Source: Callorhinchus milii
Taxonomy: Eukaryota
NCBI RefSeq assembly: GCF_018977255.1
Contig: NW_024704743.1
Span: 100,130,001-100,194,000, forward strand
Reading direction: 5' to 3'
Length of the DNA stretch: 64,000 nt
In this document: one piece after another, positions 10,151 to 23,399 of the stretch
Position numbering within the stretch: the first letter of the stretch is position 1
Layout of the letters: every line of letters begins with the position of its first letter
Translations under genes and position numbers: made by a program
The notes under the pieces: generated by a model
What the model was told of the DNA's origin: nothing
Databases searched by the model: none
What the model saw: the letters and a program-made list of their open reading frames with translations, nothing else

Positions 10151-11533
10151 CTAGAGTTAAATAAAGTAATTCATCAGGGCACACGTTCACGTAACACATA
10201 ACAAGAAATACTTCATTTTTTCTCAAGAATGAAGAAAATGAAGACAACCAGTGATGCCAACACAGAACAAGAAAAGGGATGCAAGAAAATATATCTTACT
10301 GAGATTTAACACCATTGACAGGCAAGGCTCCAGACAAGGAACAGAACACACAGTTTCTATAATAGACAAGCACTTTGCTCCAGACTTTGTCGTTTGGCAA
10401 ACAACTCATTTTAGTTTTTNCTGTGTATCACTTGTCCAGAAAATAAAATAACATTGCTTGATGTAAGCAATTTCCCTCTTCACATGCATTAGGAAGACAA
10501 TTGCTTACTAATATGACTACAAGGATATTTCCAAATTTATTTCAGAATTTGAAAAATGCCTTCAATGATCATTTTGACCAGTAAATTCATTGCATGACAC
10601 ACATTATAACATATTTGATCAAATAAGGAAGGAAACAAAATTGCTTTAGTAAATTACTTCAGTTTATTCAATAACTATGACTGATTCCACTAATGAAATA
10701 TAATCTGATCACAAGTATTCTGTTGTGTTCAATGCAGAATTGCAACTTATTTAAAACTGTCTTGGGGCGCTTTAAATAAATTCTTTGTTAAGTCTATTTC
10801 ATTGGCATTCATTATCACTTCAATTAAATTCTTTGAAGTTTGCATGAAATTGCTACGATAATGAATGAGAGATGCTTTTGATATTTTTTGATGATTCCTG
10901 TGTGTTTGGTGCGTCATACAATGAGTTTTGGTTTGCTTATATAAGATGAGAGAATTTTTAACACATTCATCCACAAAATACAGTCAACTACTTTACAGTA
11001 TATCCTGTGAAGTACTTATCATAATGACATGATAAGGTGCTATATTAAATGCAAGGATTATTTAATATATTTATTAGCATTCACAGGAATAATAAGGGTT
11101 AGATGCACTCTTACATTTTTAAGACAAGCAGCTAGCCACAAAATGTTAGCAAATGCAGGTCAGCAAAGGAGTTAAATTACGTGTGTATGGACAGGATATG
11201 CACAGGGTGGTGTTGTAAGGGATACATTACGTTATGCTGAAGGAAAGCTGGTAGTCCATTGCTCGAGTACACTTTGAAGCATATGACTGTGAAGGAGTCT
11301 CATGTGAGATTTCATACAGTGGCTAATGGATAGGATGAGTGGTAAACAATAAACTTTCCATGTGATACAGGTACAATGGGGTGCAATACAGGTACAATAC
11401 AGTGAAGAACCACAACAACATGATGGCGCTGTGAAAACAGTTTGTCATTATTTGAAAAGTAAAATCAATGATAAACATCTTTACTATCAAAAATCTGAGC
11501 TCAGATAATATCAGCTTATTGTTCTGTACTTAC

Positions 11534-11655
11534 CTAGAGCTGCCTTGACCTCCAATGGTTCAGAATCCTGCGAGAAGTCACTGAGTCCAGCTGCATTAAC
11601 AGCCCTGACTTTGAATACATATACCTGACCAGTTTGCAGCCCATGACAAATAAAC
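11534..11655 (-). CDS. MYOM1: MYOM1 exon (My6 Fn3)
   Basis: FICHGLQTGQVYVFKVRAVNAAGLSDFSQDSEPLEVKAAL; phase 2-1. Confidence 0.97.
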
Positions 11656-12192
11656 CTACAAAACAGAAAAAGTTTATTTTCAGATTACCATGTTTGCAAT
11701 GATTTGCATTAGTTATTTGTTAAATCAAAATTTTATTGAGTTTGGTGGACATAACATATTATATACAACCAATTTTAGTTATATATAGTTATACCAAGAC
11801 AGAGCTTTTTATTTCGCCACAAACTGGAATGAAGATTGCGCTGTGTGATATGACATTGATCACAACGACGATAAATGTGATCAATGAGCCCAGTCAATGG
11901 CTAAAACTGGCCAAGGATGTGACACACACCCCCACCCCCCACTCTCCCACTACCATGCACCAACAACAACTGACTCCAACACAATGAATTGGCCTGAAGT
12001 CTTTAAAAAATGTCCATTGGACTTGCCAGCAGATCAGTTTCCATTCTTCTGACTCTCACAAAATACACAAAGCTCAAAGAAGATTTGCTAGCACTGGTTA
12101 TCAGATTCAGAAGTATTGTGTTTGCTCAAAACAACATTGTATCATTGCTTCTTTTGCAACGATGCAAGTAATGTGCATTGAAGCTGTCAGAA

Positions 12193-12582
12193 AATAATAA
12201 TAACAATCCTTGCATTTGATATGAACCTTTATCACATCTTCGAGACGTCTCAAAGCTCTTCACAGAATGTACTGTAAAGTGAATTGACTATATTTTGTGG
12301 GCGAAACGTGTCAGCCAATTGCACACAGCAGTGTCCCACAAACAGTCGTGGATTGAGTGACCAATTTACTTATTTATTTATTATTACTTTATTTTTTTGA
12401 AGGAATCATTACCCCCGGAAAAGTGATTAGGCAATCGACTAACAATCGGGTTCCTACTTACTACTAGATAAACAGAGGCATGTGGAGTAAGGAAACTTGC
12501 CCAAGGTTTTGCCCTGCTTGGAATCAAACCCAGGTCTCTTACTTGTGCAGCAACTGCTCTAACCACTGAGCTGCAGAACTCC
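12193..12582 (-). mobile_element. tRNA-derived SINE, long variant
   Basis: Same family, with the internal segment shared with the 29.4-kb copy. Confidence 0.9.
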
Positions 12583-12884
12583 ACAAATGGCCAATATTAG
12601 TAGTAAATAGCTACATATGAAATCTGAAAATGCAAAAACGTTATACTTTACCTCATTTATTTTCATACAAATGTCAGTGATGCTCGTCTCTTTCACTTAC
12701 CCACAACTACGCAGTTGGAATGAGTAACATTACATCCATTGTAACACTGCCAAGCTCAGTGAACATTGCAGGCCATTCTTCAAGCCATTCAATACTGGTA
12801 TTTTATCCCATATTAAAGGGATAAAAAAACAGTATTCAACCATATGTTGTTTCTTTCTCTACCCACCTTCTTTTAGATTATTAC

Positions 12885-13059
12885 CTTCTTCCTTTCACTG
12901 GCTTATTATTGCAAGGTTCCCATTTGCCAGATCCAGAGATGCTTGCTTCAATGTAGTATCCCACTAACTCTTTGGCATCTTTTGACTCATCCCAACTGAC
13001 AACAACAGAGGTGTCAGTGTTCCTTGAGGGCACAATGCAACCAGGGGCTTTTGGAATAT
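12885..13059 (-). CDS. MYOM1: MYOM1 exon (My6 Fn3)
   Basis: IPKAPGCIVPSRNTDTSVVVSWDESKDAKELVGYYIEASISGSGKWEPCNNKPVKGR; phase 1-2. Confidence 0.97.
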
Positions 13060-13096
13060 CTACATAGAAAAATGTCTTTGGTTATATCAGTTATTA

Positions 13097-13522
13097 TATA
13101 ATAATAATTATTGCATTTGATAAAGCACCTTATCATATAATCAAGACATATCAAAGTGCTTCACAGGATACACTGTAAAGTTGTGTGACTGTGTGTATTT
13201 TGTGGGCAAATATGGCAGCCAATTTGCACACAGCAATGTTCCTCAAACAGCTTTGGAGTGAGTGACCAATTTTATTTAGGGCATTGTTGGCCAGGACACC
13301 GGGGGAAACTCCCTTCTCTTTTTGAATGCGATCATAGGATCTTTAACATCCACCTGGACAGGTAGCCGGGTCCTCAATTCAATGTCTCATCCGAAGGACA
13401 GCACCTCCGACAATGAAGCACACCGCCCAAACCTGCATAGGAGTGTCAGCATTGACAAAATGGGTTCCAAGGCTCTTCTGACTCAAAGGTGAGAGTGCTA
13501 CCAAATGAGCTAGGCTGACACC
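13097..13522 (-). mobile_element. Deu-domain SINE (DeuSINE/SacSINE1-like)
   Basis: Minus strand gtcggaggtgctgtccttcggatgagac...ggtggatgttaaagatcc...gtgtcctggccaac resembles the Deu domain; tRNA-like head; L2-type tail. Confidence 0.8.
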
Positions 13523-13963
13523 TGTTAATAAAACTCATAGTTATTGCATTTTGGCATTATTTATCACTCGGCCCCTTGTGCAAGTATCAGGAGAATTAGT
13601 ACCTGCATGAAATCAGTTCAATATCATAAGGAGATGGAATAATGTGTTTTTTTTCCAATTAATGAATAATTGACTGAAATTTACTGAATAAAAATATAAG
13701 TAGAGTCAATTTTGCCAACTAGTGTGTACAAACTGAAATGAAGGGCTAAGGAGAACTTTTGGTCTTTGGTCTTTGGTCCTTTATCTTTGCTTCTCAGTAA
13801 ACAATGTGTTGATTTTTGTTCAGCATAAACATATTTAGGAATGACACCACCTCAGAGGTCAGTTAATGACCCATTTTTGCTCGCCATTACCAGAAGGTCT
13901 GATGGCAGGCCAGAATAGCAGTCGTACCATTGATCCCAATTCATACAGGCAACTCATACTTAC

Positions 13964-14147
13964 CAAGCTTGTCTCCCACAACAGTAGCCTCTGTTGCTTC
14001 AGATGGTGGACCGATGCCAGCGGAGTTGGCACAGCGCACACGGAAACAGTATGATTTGCCCTCAGCCAGATCAAACAAAGCAAAGCGTGGAGATTTCACA
14101 GGAATCTCTGCATTAACCCTCTGCCAATCATCAGCACCTGCAACGCA
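13964..14147 (-). CDS. MYOM1: MYOM1 exon (My5 Fn3)
   Basis: CVAGADDWQRVNAEIPVKSPRFALFDLAEGKSYCFRVRCANSAGIGPPSEATEATVVGDKL; phase 0-1. Confidence 0.97.
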
Positions 14148-14461
14148 CTGATATCAACAAGGGTACATATCAGTTCCCACAAAACATTTCTGTGCATATA
14201 ATGGAGTGAAAGATACAACACCTCATTACACATTTGACAGTTGTCGAAGGTTATTGAATCGATTACGAGATAACACATTTTTTTAACCATTCCCAACCAC
14301 AGAATTTGTGATTAAAAAGTGTCCTTGGCCTAAAGACTGGTCAAGGACACATTTTAACCACAAATTATGTCCATTTGATGAAATGTTCCTTAATAATTCC
14401 CAGCATTACTTAAGAAACGGAAAGTAGAATTTCTCCCTTTTTCCCTCATTGAATGTTGCAG

Positions 14462-14840
14462 TACAGAAACAGGCCTCTTGGCCCAGTCAGTCTGCGCTAG
14501 AGTTTTTTCCCTGCTCGTCTCATTCACATGCCGCTCACTCCCCATATCCTTTAATATTCTTCTTCTTCTTTGAGGATCTTTCCAATTCCTTTTTAAAATA
14601 AATCATGAACTCCACTTGAGCAAAGGTTTGTGGCAGAGAATTCCACATTCCTTAGAAATGTTTTCTAACCTCCCCTTCTGTTCTTTTTGCAATTATGTGA
14701 AATTTGTGTCCTCTCCTACTGATTTAGTAATAGATAATAATAAATAGTAATAGATACAGTGGAAAAAATCTATAACTACTTACCCCATATCATAACCTTT
14801 GGAAGCAAGATCTCTGTTGGGTCACCCCTTTATCTCCTCG
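14462..14840 (-). mobile_element. Degraded CR1 3' fragment
   Basis: CR1-like 3' UTR and WN-containing C-terminal motif. Confidence 0.6.
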
Positions 14841-14932
14841 GCCCCAATGAACACATCCCTACGTTCTCATGTTTTCAAGATCTCTGTTGGGTCATTCCCT
14901 TCTTGTCGTCCTCCCCAACTCTTCCCTCCATG

Positions 14933-15464
14933 ATCATCCAGAACTCTGCAGCTCATGTCCTCTTCTGCACCAGGCTCTGTGACCCCATCACCCCCACCCT
15001 CACCTGGCTCCACTGGCTCCCCATCCCTCAGAGGATAGAATTCAAAATCCTCATCCTCGCCTTCAAGGTCCTCCACGGCCTTGCCCCCCATCCCCACATC
15101 TCTGACCTGCTGAACCCCTATCAACCTGTCCACTCCCTCTGCTCTGCTGGCTCTGGCCTGCTCCATGTCTCCTGCCCGACCCACCCTATCATTGATGGCC
15201 AGGCTTTCAGCCTCCCTGCTCCCACCCTTTGGAAGTCCATCCCACAATCTCGTCACCTTGCTCCCTCCCTTACCTCCTTCAAGGGACGACTCAAGACCCT
15301 CCTTTTCAACCATGTTTTCAGCCACCCTTCTACCTTTCTGTCCTCCTTCATCCCAACCCTGCCCCCACCACCCACCATGCTCAGGTCCTAATCCCCGACT
15401 TCAGTTCCTTGGGAAGTCCTCCTGGAATGAAAGGCGCTTTACAAATGTAATTTTGTTGTTGTTG
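14933..15464 (+). mobile_element. 5'-truncated L2 LINE
   Basis: IQNSAAHVL...[13 protein letters not shown]...LKTLLF; (TTG)n tail. A second isolated tail lies at ~15631-15700. Confidence 0.92.
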
Positions 15465-16308
15465 TTTCATTCAGAACTGGAACCCTTGATCTCTGTGAAT
15501 ACCCTAATGAATCTGCACTGCACACTTTACATTCCATTTATATCCTTCCGTTCAATAGGGTAGCACAAAATACTCCAACTGTGGCCTAGTGTGGTCCTGT
15601 ACACATTTACCGTTACCTCCTTGCTTGCTTTCAGTGCCTTGGGACGTCCTCCCGACCTGAAAAGCGCTTTACAAATGTAATTTTGTTGTTTGTTGTTGTT
15701 ATGTTATATGCCTATGTATTTGTAGCATGTAACACGGAACACCAACCATTCATCATGTCAACTAAAAGCTGCAGCAACACATCTCACTTGGATAAACAGA
15801 GGATATTGTGTCATATAATGTTTAAATGCCAAGTGAGGCAATGACATAACACATGAGCACTGGGCACACTATATCACACTAGTGGTTACACATTAAACAT
15901 GTGTATGGTGATACTATGGTGATAGGTTCTCACATTTGAGATTAAAAAGACCAGCAAGGCCATACCCACTACCTAAACCTAAGGTCACATTTACTCTTCC
16001 AAGAGGATAAAATCTTGTTTTGTCTGGATGTTACTGTACCTCTTTAACGCTATACACTCTTTAGATTATGGGTTTTAATCAAGCAAGTGTGTGAGTTGAA
16101 ATCCATATTCTCTGATGGGTTTCCTATTCAGCGAAGACTGGAGATTATTACAGCACGACAATCACCTCAGGCACACTGTGATGACAAAGGGGTTCCTGCA
16201 AAATTATATCTAAAATATTACTGCTCATCTTTGTAAATGTTATGGTTGATTTCTAGAAATGTAGGTCCCATATTATATTGTTTTGTCCACATGTCTTGAT
16301 ATATTTAC

Positions 16309-16433
16309 CTTCTCTACATAGTACATGATTCCTTCATGGCCACGTTGACCAGGAGGTTTCCAGCTGAGGACAACATAATTCTTGGTAGCTTCAGTAACAG
16401 TCAGCTCTGTTGGTTTGCCAGGCACAACACCTT
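16309..16433 (-). CDS. MYOM1: MYOM1 exon (My5 Fn3)
   Basis: GVVPGKPTELTVTEATKNYVVLSWKPPGQRGHEGIMYYVEK; phase 1-0. Confidence 0.97.
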
Positions 16434-17015
16434 CTGTTGGGATACAAGTCAAAATATTGCTCTTTACTCTGTGTTAGACTGATATATCCAGACATTAATG
16501 CAGAAATTGGATATGTGCACATTAGGGAGCAACAGCTGTGTTGTGATGCTTTCCTATTTTTGAACAGTTTAAAACTTTACAGGCCTTATACTCGGACAAG
16601 ATACCAGAGTGGAACCATTGGCTTCGTGGAACTGTACTGAACATGAGTAGTCAATTTCAGGAGAAAAGAGATAAACATGGGAACAAAATGAACAGAAAGG
16701 GGGGGAAATGGTTAATCTGAATCACTGGTGAATAATGATTGAGAGTGAAAGATCTAAAATTGTTCCACCTCATACACTCTGAGACAACTGACTGATAACA
16801 TTGTTTCTCACTGCTATAAACACAACAAAACCTACAGTGAAATGTTGCACAAGACATTTTAAATATAGAAAATATTATATTCTGAATTGTTAACTGCATA
16901 GCTTCATCCACGAAAGACAGAAAAAAGACATAAATACAAATGAACAGAGATGTCATGGACTAGTTGGGCCAAATAGATTGTTTCTGTTCCATATCATTCT
17001 ATGTGACTATTTTAC

Positions 17016-17072
17016 CTGCTGGTTCTTCTTCTGTAACAATGATCTGTCCAGTCCATGGTGCTGATTGTATGC
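17016..17072 (-). CDS. MYOM1: MYOM1 57-nt My4-My5 linker exon
   Basis: IQSAPWTGQIIVTEEEPA; phase 1-1. Confidence 0.95.
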
Positions 17073-17324
17073 CTGAAGTTTAAGAATACATGGAGTCAAA
17101 GATTTATACTGAACAGATGTTTGATAAGAGTTCTTTGCAGCAGAATTTGTGATAATAATGGAATTCCTTAATAAGAAATCTTCTTAGAATTCCCAATTAG
17201 CTTTACTCTGGGAGTAGATCACCTCACAGTGGAATTCAATAATTACCAAAAGTTGTCTATTTGTATGACTTAGATTAAGGAATCCCATTGAGAAATACTG
17301 AAAATTAGACTCTTCTATAACGTG

Positions 17325-17564
17325 TGGGAAGAAATTCCACCTGGGTCTAGATTTACTGTACTTATGTACCAATTTAGAGCATTCAGAATTTGATACATTC
17401 TTAAATATAATCTTTGTTTTGAAGACACTTTTATGTATGTTCTTTTAAGAACTATAGAAAGCCAACTACAAAATTTAAACTGAATTCAAACAATGTATCA
17501 AATTCTGGATTGTCTAAATGTTGCACAACTAGAGTGAGTCCAGACCCAGGTGGAATTTCTCCCA
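17325..17564. repeat. Fold-back/MITE-like element with ~75-bp imperfect terminal inverted repeats
   Basis: tgggaagaaattccacctgggtctaga...aatttgatacatt versus aatgtatcaaatt...tccagacccaggtggaatttctccca. Relatives at 7587-7824 and 1-35. Confidence 0.7.
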
Positions 17565-18319
17565 AGAAGTAAGCACAATAGAGGTAGGAAAGAACGGTTA
17601 AAGAAAAGGAATGTGATGCAGCCTTCACCCATTCTCCACTATCAATTAGGCCACGGATACTTACTGTCCTAGTCTGTCCTTACTCGTAAAGGTCAAGGGA
17701 TATGCGCCGCATGAGTTATTACTTCACTTGAAAAGTGAGGCAAAGTCTTTCTCTTTTGCTTGCACTCCTCATATTGTCTGGACTCTCAGACCAAGAACCC
17801 AGAAAGGGCAGATTACCTGTCTCCAAGCCTTCATCACAATTTTGGTGTTTGAAAGTGTGTAAGAACAGCATAAGGATAATTCATCCTCTTACTCCACTTA
17901 GTCCCTGTGAGGAGACAGTCCTCAACTTCACTGGGACATTTTCTACAGAGTGGTTCATGTAGGGTTGGAAGCGTTGTTGTTTGGGGGGATCCAATTGTGG
18001 CCACCTTCCTCACACCCTCCCCTCCTCAGTTTGTGCTCCCAGCCAGCTCTGCAAAACACTTAGAGCATCTCGACATGAAACATGCTATATAAATGTAAAT
18101 CATTGTAATTGTTAAAAGGTTCTAGATTCTCTGATAAATGGGAGCGTGAGGGAGTTAAGTGTCGACATTCTGTGGATTTTAATTTTAAACACTGTTGGCT
18201 TGTTTCGATCACAGGACAAATGCATTAAAAGTGCTTGTAACAGCAATAGAGCCCTATTCCGTGTCACTCTTTACACCTTTCCTCTGTCTATGTAAGATAT
18301 GACAGAAAAGCCTACTTAC

Positions 18320-18519
18320 CCTTCAATCTAGCTCTGTCAGAAGGATCCAGGGCTGCAACAGGCTCAGATACACGGGATGGTCTGCTGATTCCAACGTTAT
18401 TGACAGCGCGTACACGGAAGATGTAGGATCGACCTTCCACCAGCCCAGTGACAGGGAAGCGCGCAAACTTCACTGGGGTGTCGTTGCATTGAATCCAGTG
18501 AGTGGTGCCTACTTCACAT
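18320..18519 (-). CDS. MYOM1: MYOM1 exon (My4 Fn3)
   Basis: CEVGTTHWIQCNDTPVKFARFPVTGLVEGRSYIFRVRAVNNVGISRPSRVSEPVAALDPSDRARLK; phase 2-1. Confidence 0.97.
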
Positions 18520-18609
18520 CTGTGAGAAAATAACTTTTAGCTGTTTCTACAAAGAATGTCTGGTCATTTTTCCTGGCATAAAAGTGTAACAAATCCCAGC
18601 ATTTTAATA

Positions 18610-18998
18610 GATTTAATAGAAGTTTTCAAAATTATGAGGGAATTTGATAGGGTGAACAAAGAGAAACTATTTCCACTGGCGAGTGGGTGAGTTGGTAACC
18701 CGAGGATACAGATTTAAAATAGTTGTTAAAAGAAACAGAGGGGAGGTGAGAAGAAATTTCTCAACACAGTGAGTTGTTCGGATCTGGAATGCAGGGCCTG
18801 AAATGGTGGTGGCAGCCAATTTGATAACAACTTTTAAGAGAGAAGTAGATAATTATTTAGGGAGGACAAGCTTGCAGGGCTATGGGGAGAGAACGGGGGA
18901 GTGGGATTGATTTAAATTTAATTTAATATGATAACTGTTTTAAAAGAGCACGCATAGACACAATGGACTCCTTCTGTGCTGTATAATTCTATGATTTT
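18610..18998 (+). mobile_element. CR1 3' fragment
   Basis: EVFKIMREFDRVNKEKLFPL, RRNFSTQ..IWN; CR1-type 3' UTR. Confidence 0.85.
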
Positions 18999-19239
18999 AT
19001 GATCACTATGGTACAAAATGGGATGCAATTTGCAAGTTGTGTGAACCATGCATAAATGCATTTGTGCAGAGGGAAATACAGATACTTTCAATTATGTAAT
19101 AAAAAACAGTGAAAAGGATTGCAAGTAATTCTGCACATATGTTTGCACGTGGTCTGCACAAGTCACAAATTAGATCTAAATCCTAATCGCCATGTACAAT
19201 TTAACCTGCTTACACCAGGTTCATGATGGACAACCCAAC

Positions 19240-19887
19240 CTGCTTTCGTCGCCCGGCTCCACGACTGTTTGTCACTGCAGGCCACCAAAACCCTCATACG
19301 TGCATTCATAACATCGAGGCTTGAATATGCAAACTCCTTTCTTGTCAACCTCCCCAACTCCTCCCTCCACAAGCTGCAAGTCATCCAGAACTATGCAGCC
19401 CGTGTCCTCTCCCACACCAGGCTCCGAGACCCTATCACCCCCCATCCTCGCCCAACTCTACTGGCTTCCCATCACTCAGAGGATACAGTTCAAGATCCTG
19501 GTCCTCACCTTCAAAGCCCTCCATGGCCTTGCTCCCCCCTATCTCTGCAACCTCCTAAACCCCTACCATCTGACCCGCTTCCTCCACTCAGTGGGCTCTG
19601 CCCTGCTTCACGTCCCACGCCTCGCCTGCTCCACCATTGGTGGGCGGGCCTTCTGGCACTCTGTCCCTACCCTCTGGAACTCCACCTCACCTCCTCCCTT
19701 GCCTCCTTGAAGACCCATGTCAAGACCCTCCTCTTCAACAGGCTTTGATCTTCCTGCTTCCCCCCTGCCCTCCACCCTCCCCAATCCCGACTTCCGGCTC
19801 GGGTCCAAAACACTGATTGTCCAGAGCCTTGGAACATCCTCCCGATATAAAAGGCGCTATACAAATGTAATTTTACTGTTGCTGTTC
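19240..19887 (+). mobile_element. 5'-truncated L2 LINE
   Basis: TLIRAFITSRLEYAN; [13 protein letters not shown]; L2 tail. Confidence 0.93.
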
Positions 19888-20064
19888 TTGTGATAAATGG
19901 ATTTAATGTCACCAAATGTCAGGGTTCATTACCCAACAGCATTATAAACATGGCAGCACTATTTTGAACAAGGGTGTTTACCCTGTATATCAAACCAAGG
20001 ATCATTCTAAATGTTAACAATGTTAAAAATGTTATTTCAGTGTTCAATGTTACTGAATACTAAC

Positions 20065-20206
20065 CTGTCAACAAAATAACCAAGGATGGCCTTTCCACCA
20101 TCTACCGCTGGCTGTTTCCAGGTTACAATTACATAGTCTTTATTGGCATCCATACAATACACATCCAATGGGGCACCTGGGCCACCGGCAACCTCGGCAT
20201 CAGTAT
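20065..20206 (-). CDS. MYOM1: MYOM1 exon (My4 Fn3)
   Basis: TDAEVAGGPGAPLDVYCMDANKDYVIVTWKQPAVDGGKAILGYFVD; phase 1-2. Confidence 0.96.
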
Positions 20207-21835
20207 CTGTCAATGAAACACAAATTTTGTGATGTAGTAGGTCACAGAAACAAACTATCTGCCTTCCAGCAATGGCACTTCCCTGGTGTTGGGAACGGCA
20301 ATGAAACTGTGGAACTTGCAAACTCCAAATAACAAATTCTGCCAGTAAGCAGACACAAGTCATGCTGAACTAAGGGAACTCTTTTAAAAAAAATTAAGAT
20401 TGCAGAGACTTGTGGAAAATTCTTACATAGAATTTTATAGACTGTAAGGCATGGAAACAGGTAATTTAACCCAACTAGCCTATGCTACATATATTTATAC
20501 TCCATACAAACCTCCACCCCTCCTAATTTCCTCTCTCATAATCCTCTATTATTATTTCCCTCATGCATATTTGTTATTAAATTCAGTTTTAATTTGGAAG
20601 CTGTTTCATTTTAAAGAATTGTGGAAAACCAGCTTCCAAATTAAGACTGAATTTTTAAGAATTTCCACAATTCTGCATTATCTTCAATGCTAAATTAAAT
20701 TGCTCTTTCAGGCTAAGACTAGATGGTATTTTAGATCTTGGTCAATATTAGCTAAGAGGAATGAACAGTACAAAATAATAGATAATTTGGAGATCTCATC
20801 TGCGGAATAAATATTCAAGATATGGACAATAGTACTTTAAATCCTATGAATAGAATTATTCTATTAGCATAATTTTCATTGCTTAGCTGTACTCATCTGC
20901 ACTGAATCTGAAGGCAGAGTGTAAAAAATTTACAACCCCAAGCATAAAACATACAAGGTATTTTAATCTCTCATGGTTTATTCTGCTATGTACGACATTA
21001 TGCAGTGAATTTGTTGGTGTGTGTTAAGTACCATTCTACTCTATTTGGTAATTCTATCTTAATCACCCAGAAATAAATATAATATAACTTTACATTGTAA
21101 ATAACATGATGTTATAGATGTGGGCTTCAATTATATTTTTAAATTGCATTACATTTATTTAATAAATGTATTTATTTTTTATTTGTGTTTATTATTGAAA
21201 ATTTATTTTTTATTATTTATTTATGAAGGGACAAATTTATTAAATGCATCCAACACACCAAACAAAGTACAATAATATTGGTTCCACATCAGCACTTAAA
21301 GTGCAAAAGCAGAAATAATCCCCTTTCCTTTTTCTTGAATATGACATTCATACACTTGTGTAGTTTTACTCCTCATTCAGATATCCATTGGCCCATTGCC
21401 TCTATAATAAAATACATTTAAATTAAGGAGCCTCCTCTCAATTGTAATAAGGTCTAATACATGCTGCAGTGAAAATTAGGATCTGCGAAGTATTAGTAAA
21501 GACATATTTGAAAAATATAGCCAGTCAGTATCTCATTGTATATGCTGGCTGAGCTGTGCTTTCTCTCCCCATCAATTCCATCACTAAGATATATTTGTCT
21601 GCCTGTCAGTTGGAGTTAATTCAACAAAAAACTCAGAATTAGGCTATTCAACAAACAAGTTAGACTAACTAGCCTCAGACGGGATTTTATAGAGAGGTGG
21701 AAACAAGACTCACCATCCCTTACTATTACTAGCTGGAATATGTCACCCATTATGATTCATATTATCTGTGTATTGAACTCTTTCTGATTGGTAAGGTCAA
21801 GGCTATTGTGCAAAATACTTATATGTAGCACACAC

Positions 21836-21997
21836 CTCTTACAAACACATATTCACTGTGCTGCTCATAGCCAGATTTTGTCACCACACGCAATGTGTAG
21901 AGCCCTTCATCCTCCTTGTTCATGTGAGTGAGCGTTAGTGTGGCACGCTCTCCACTCCAGTGCATTTGCATCCACTTGGACGGCTGTAACTGAACAC
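21836..21997 (-). CDS. MYOM1: MYOM1 exon (My3 Ig)
   Basis: VQLQPSKWMQMHWSGERATLTLTHMNKEDEGLYTLRVVTKSGYEQHSEYVFVR; phase 1-1. Confidence 0.96.
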
Positions 21998-22391
21998 CTA
22001 GGAAGGAAGGTAGAGAAAAGCAAAGCAACAAGAGTGTAAGGGAAGAGGAGGACAGAGAGATTAAAATAATAATAAGCCTTACATTTGACATCGCCTTTCA
22101 CGTCAGGAGGACATCTCAAAGCACATCACAGGGTTAACTGTAAAATGTTGCGACTGTATATTTTGTATGTGAATGCATTGCATTGGTATTGACTTCAGAA
22201 TTGCTACAGCTGCACATATACCAAAGTACTAATTGTTTTATTGATGATGAGATTTTGCTGTGAATAAATACTAAGTAATAAAATTAAAACTGAGCTCCAA
22301 ATGTTTTATGAGATTAATAAAATTTAAAACAGTAATTTCATTGATAGTGTGATAGTGATGTATCATTTTCAAGCAGTAACTCCAATTCCGA

Positions 22392-22697
22392 CCTCCTCAA
22401 TCCACCACCCGTGCCTCCGTTCGACTGGCACAGACCTCCTGCTCATCCCTCGCACCCTCCGCCCCATCATTGGAGGTCACGCTTTCAGCCACTACTCTGG
22501 AACTCTGGAACACTCTTCCTCAATCCCTCCGCCTTGCCCCCTCTCTCCACTTTTTCAAGTCCTGCCTGAAAACCATCCTCTTCGACTGTGCATATGGCCA
22601 CCACCTCCCCCTCTACCCCGGCTCCACTATTAAGAATTCTGAGATGCTACCCTGCTTGGAGGCCACTATATAAGTGCAGGTTGTCTTTGTTGTTGTT
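22392..22697 (+). mobile_element. L2 LINE 3' fragment
   Basis: LWNTLPQSLRLAPSLHFFKSCLKTILF; L2 tail. Confidence 0.85.
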
Positions 22698-23399
22698 ATG
22701 ATAACAAGAAAGTATGTGCCATTTATTAGTAACACTGCTATTTTTAAATCTATTCTGATTAGCAAAAAAATGGACCGATATTATTTCTTCAATTTAAATC
22801 TAATGACAACTTTATGACTAATAATGGTTTCCCTATTATAATCCTGCTCATAAAACTTCAAACATGTCACTCGGTTTATGATTCTTCCTCCCAATGGATT
22901 ATTCCATTGATAATACAAATTGAATAATCACTTTAATACTTCAGGGATTAATCTCCCCCTTGTTAGCTAGCCTTTGGCAGTGAGCCATTGTCAGTGTTCA
23001 GAAAGGTGGTTAATTTTAGCAACAAGAGGGAAAATGATCCCACTTGTGAGTGAAATCCCAATCCGAAACTGGATCACACCCTCAAAATCACTTGCAACTT
23101 TCACACTAAAGTCTTTGAAATTCATGGGAATGATTTTATTGTTTTGGGACAGTTTTAAATCATCCATAATTCACTTCCAAACAGTAGAAGTGTTCATCTA
23201 ATGGAAATTTCTAATAATAATAGTAATTTGTAAATAATAATTAGAAACTAATTATTATATTATAATTATCAATAATAATAATGGATATCTACTAATTTAT
23301 AATCCAGGAAAAACAAATAACATTTAAAAGATGAATGGAAAGTTCTGAAAAGAAGGCAATTCCTATTTGGAATCTTCTGATAATGACTGTGAGTGTAGG

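Noticed and set aside
9672-10247. 191-aa ORF as a stand-alone gene
   Set aside because: Its first ~32 codons are intronic pyrimidine tract. The meaningful part is the spliced EH exon.
10420-10420. Ambiguous base N (another at 61144)
   Set aside because: Assembly ambiguity in non-coding or repeat sequence, not biology.
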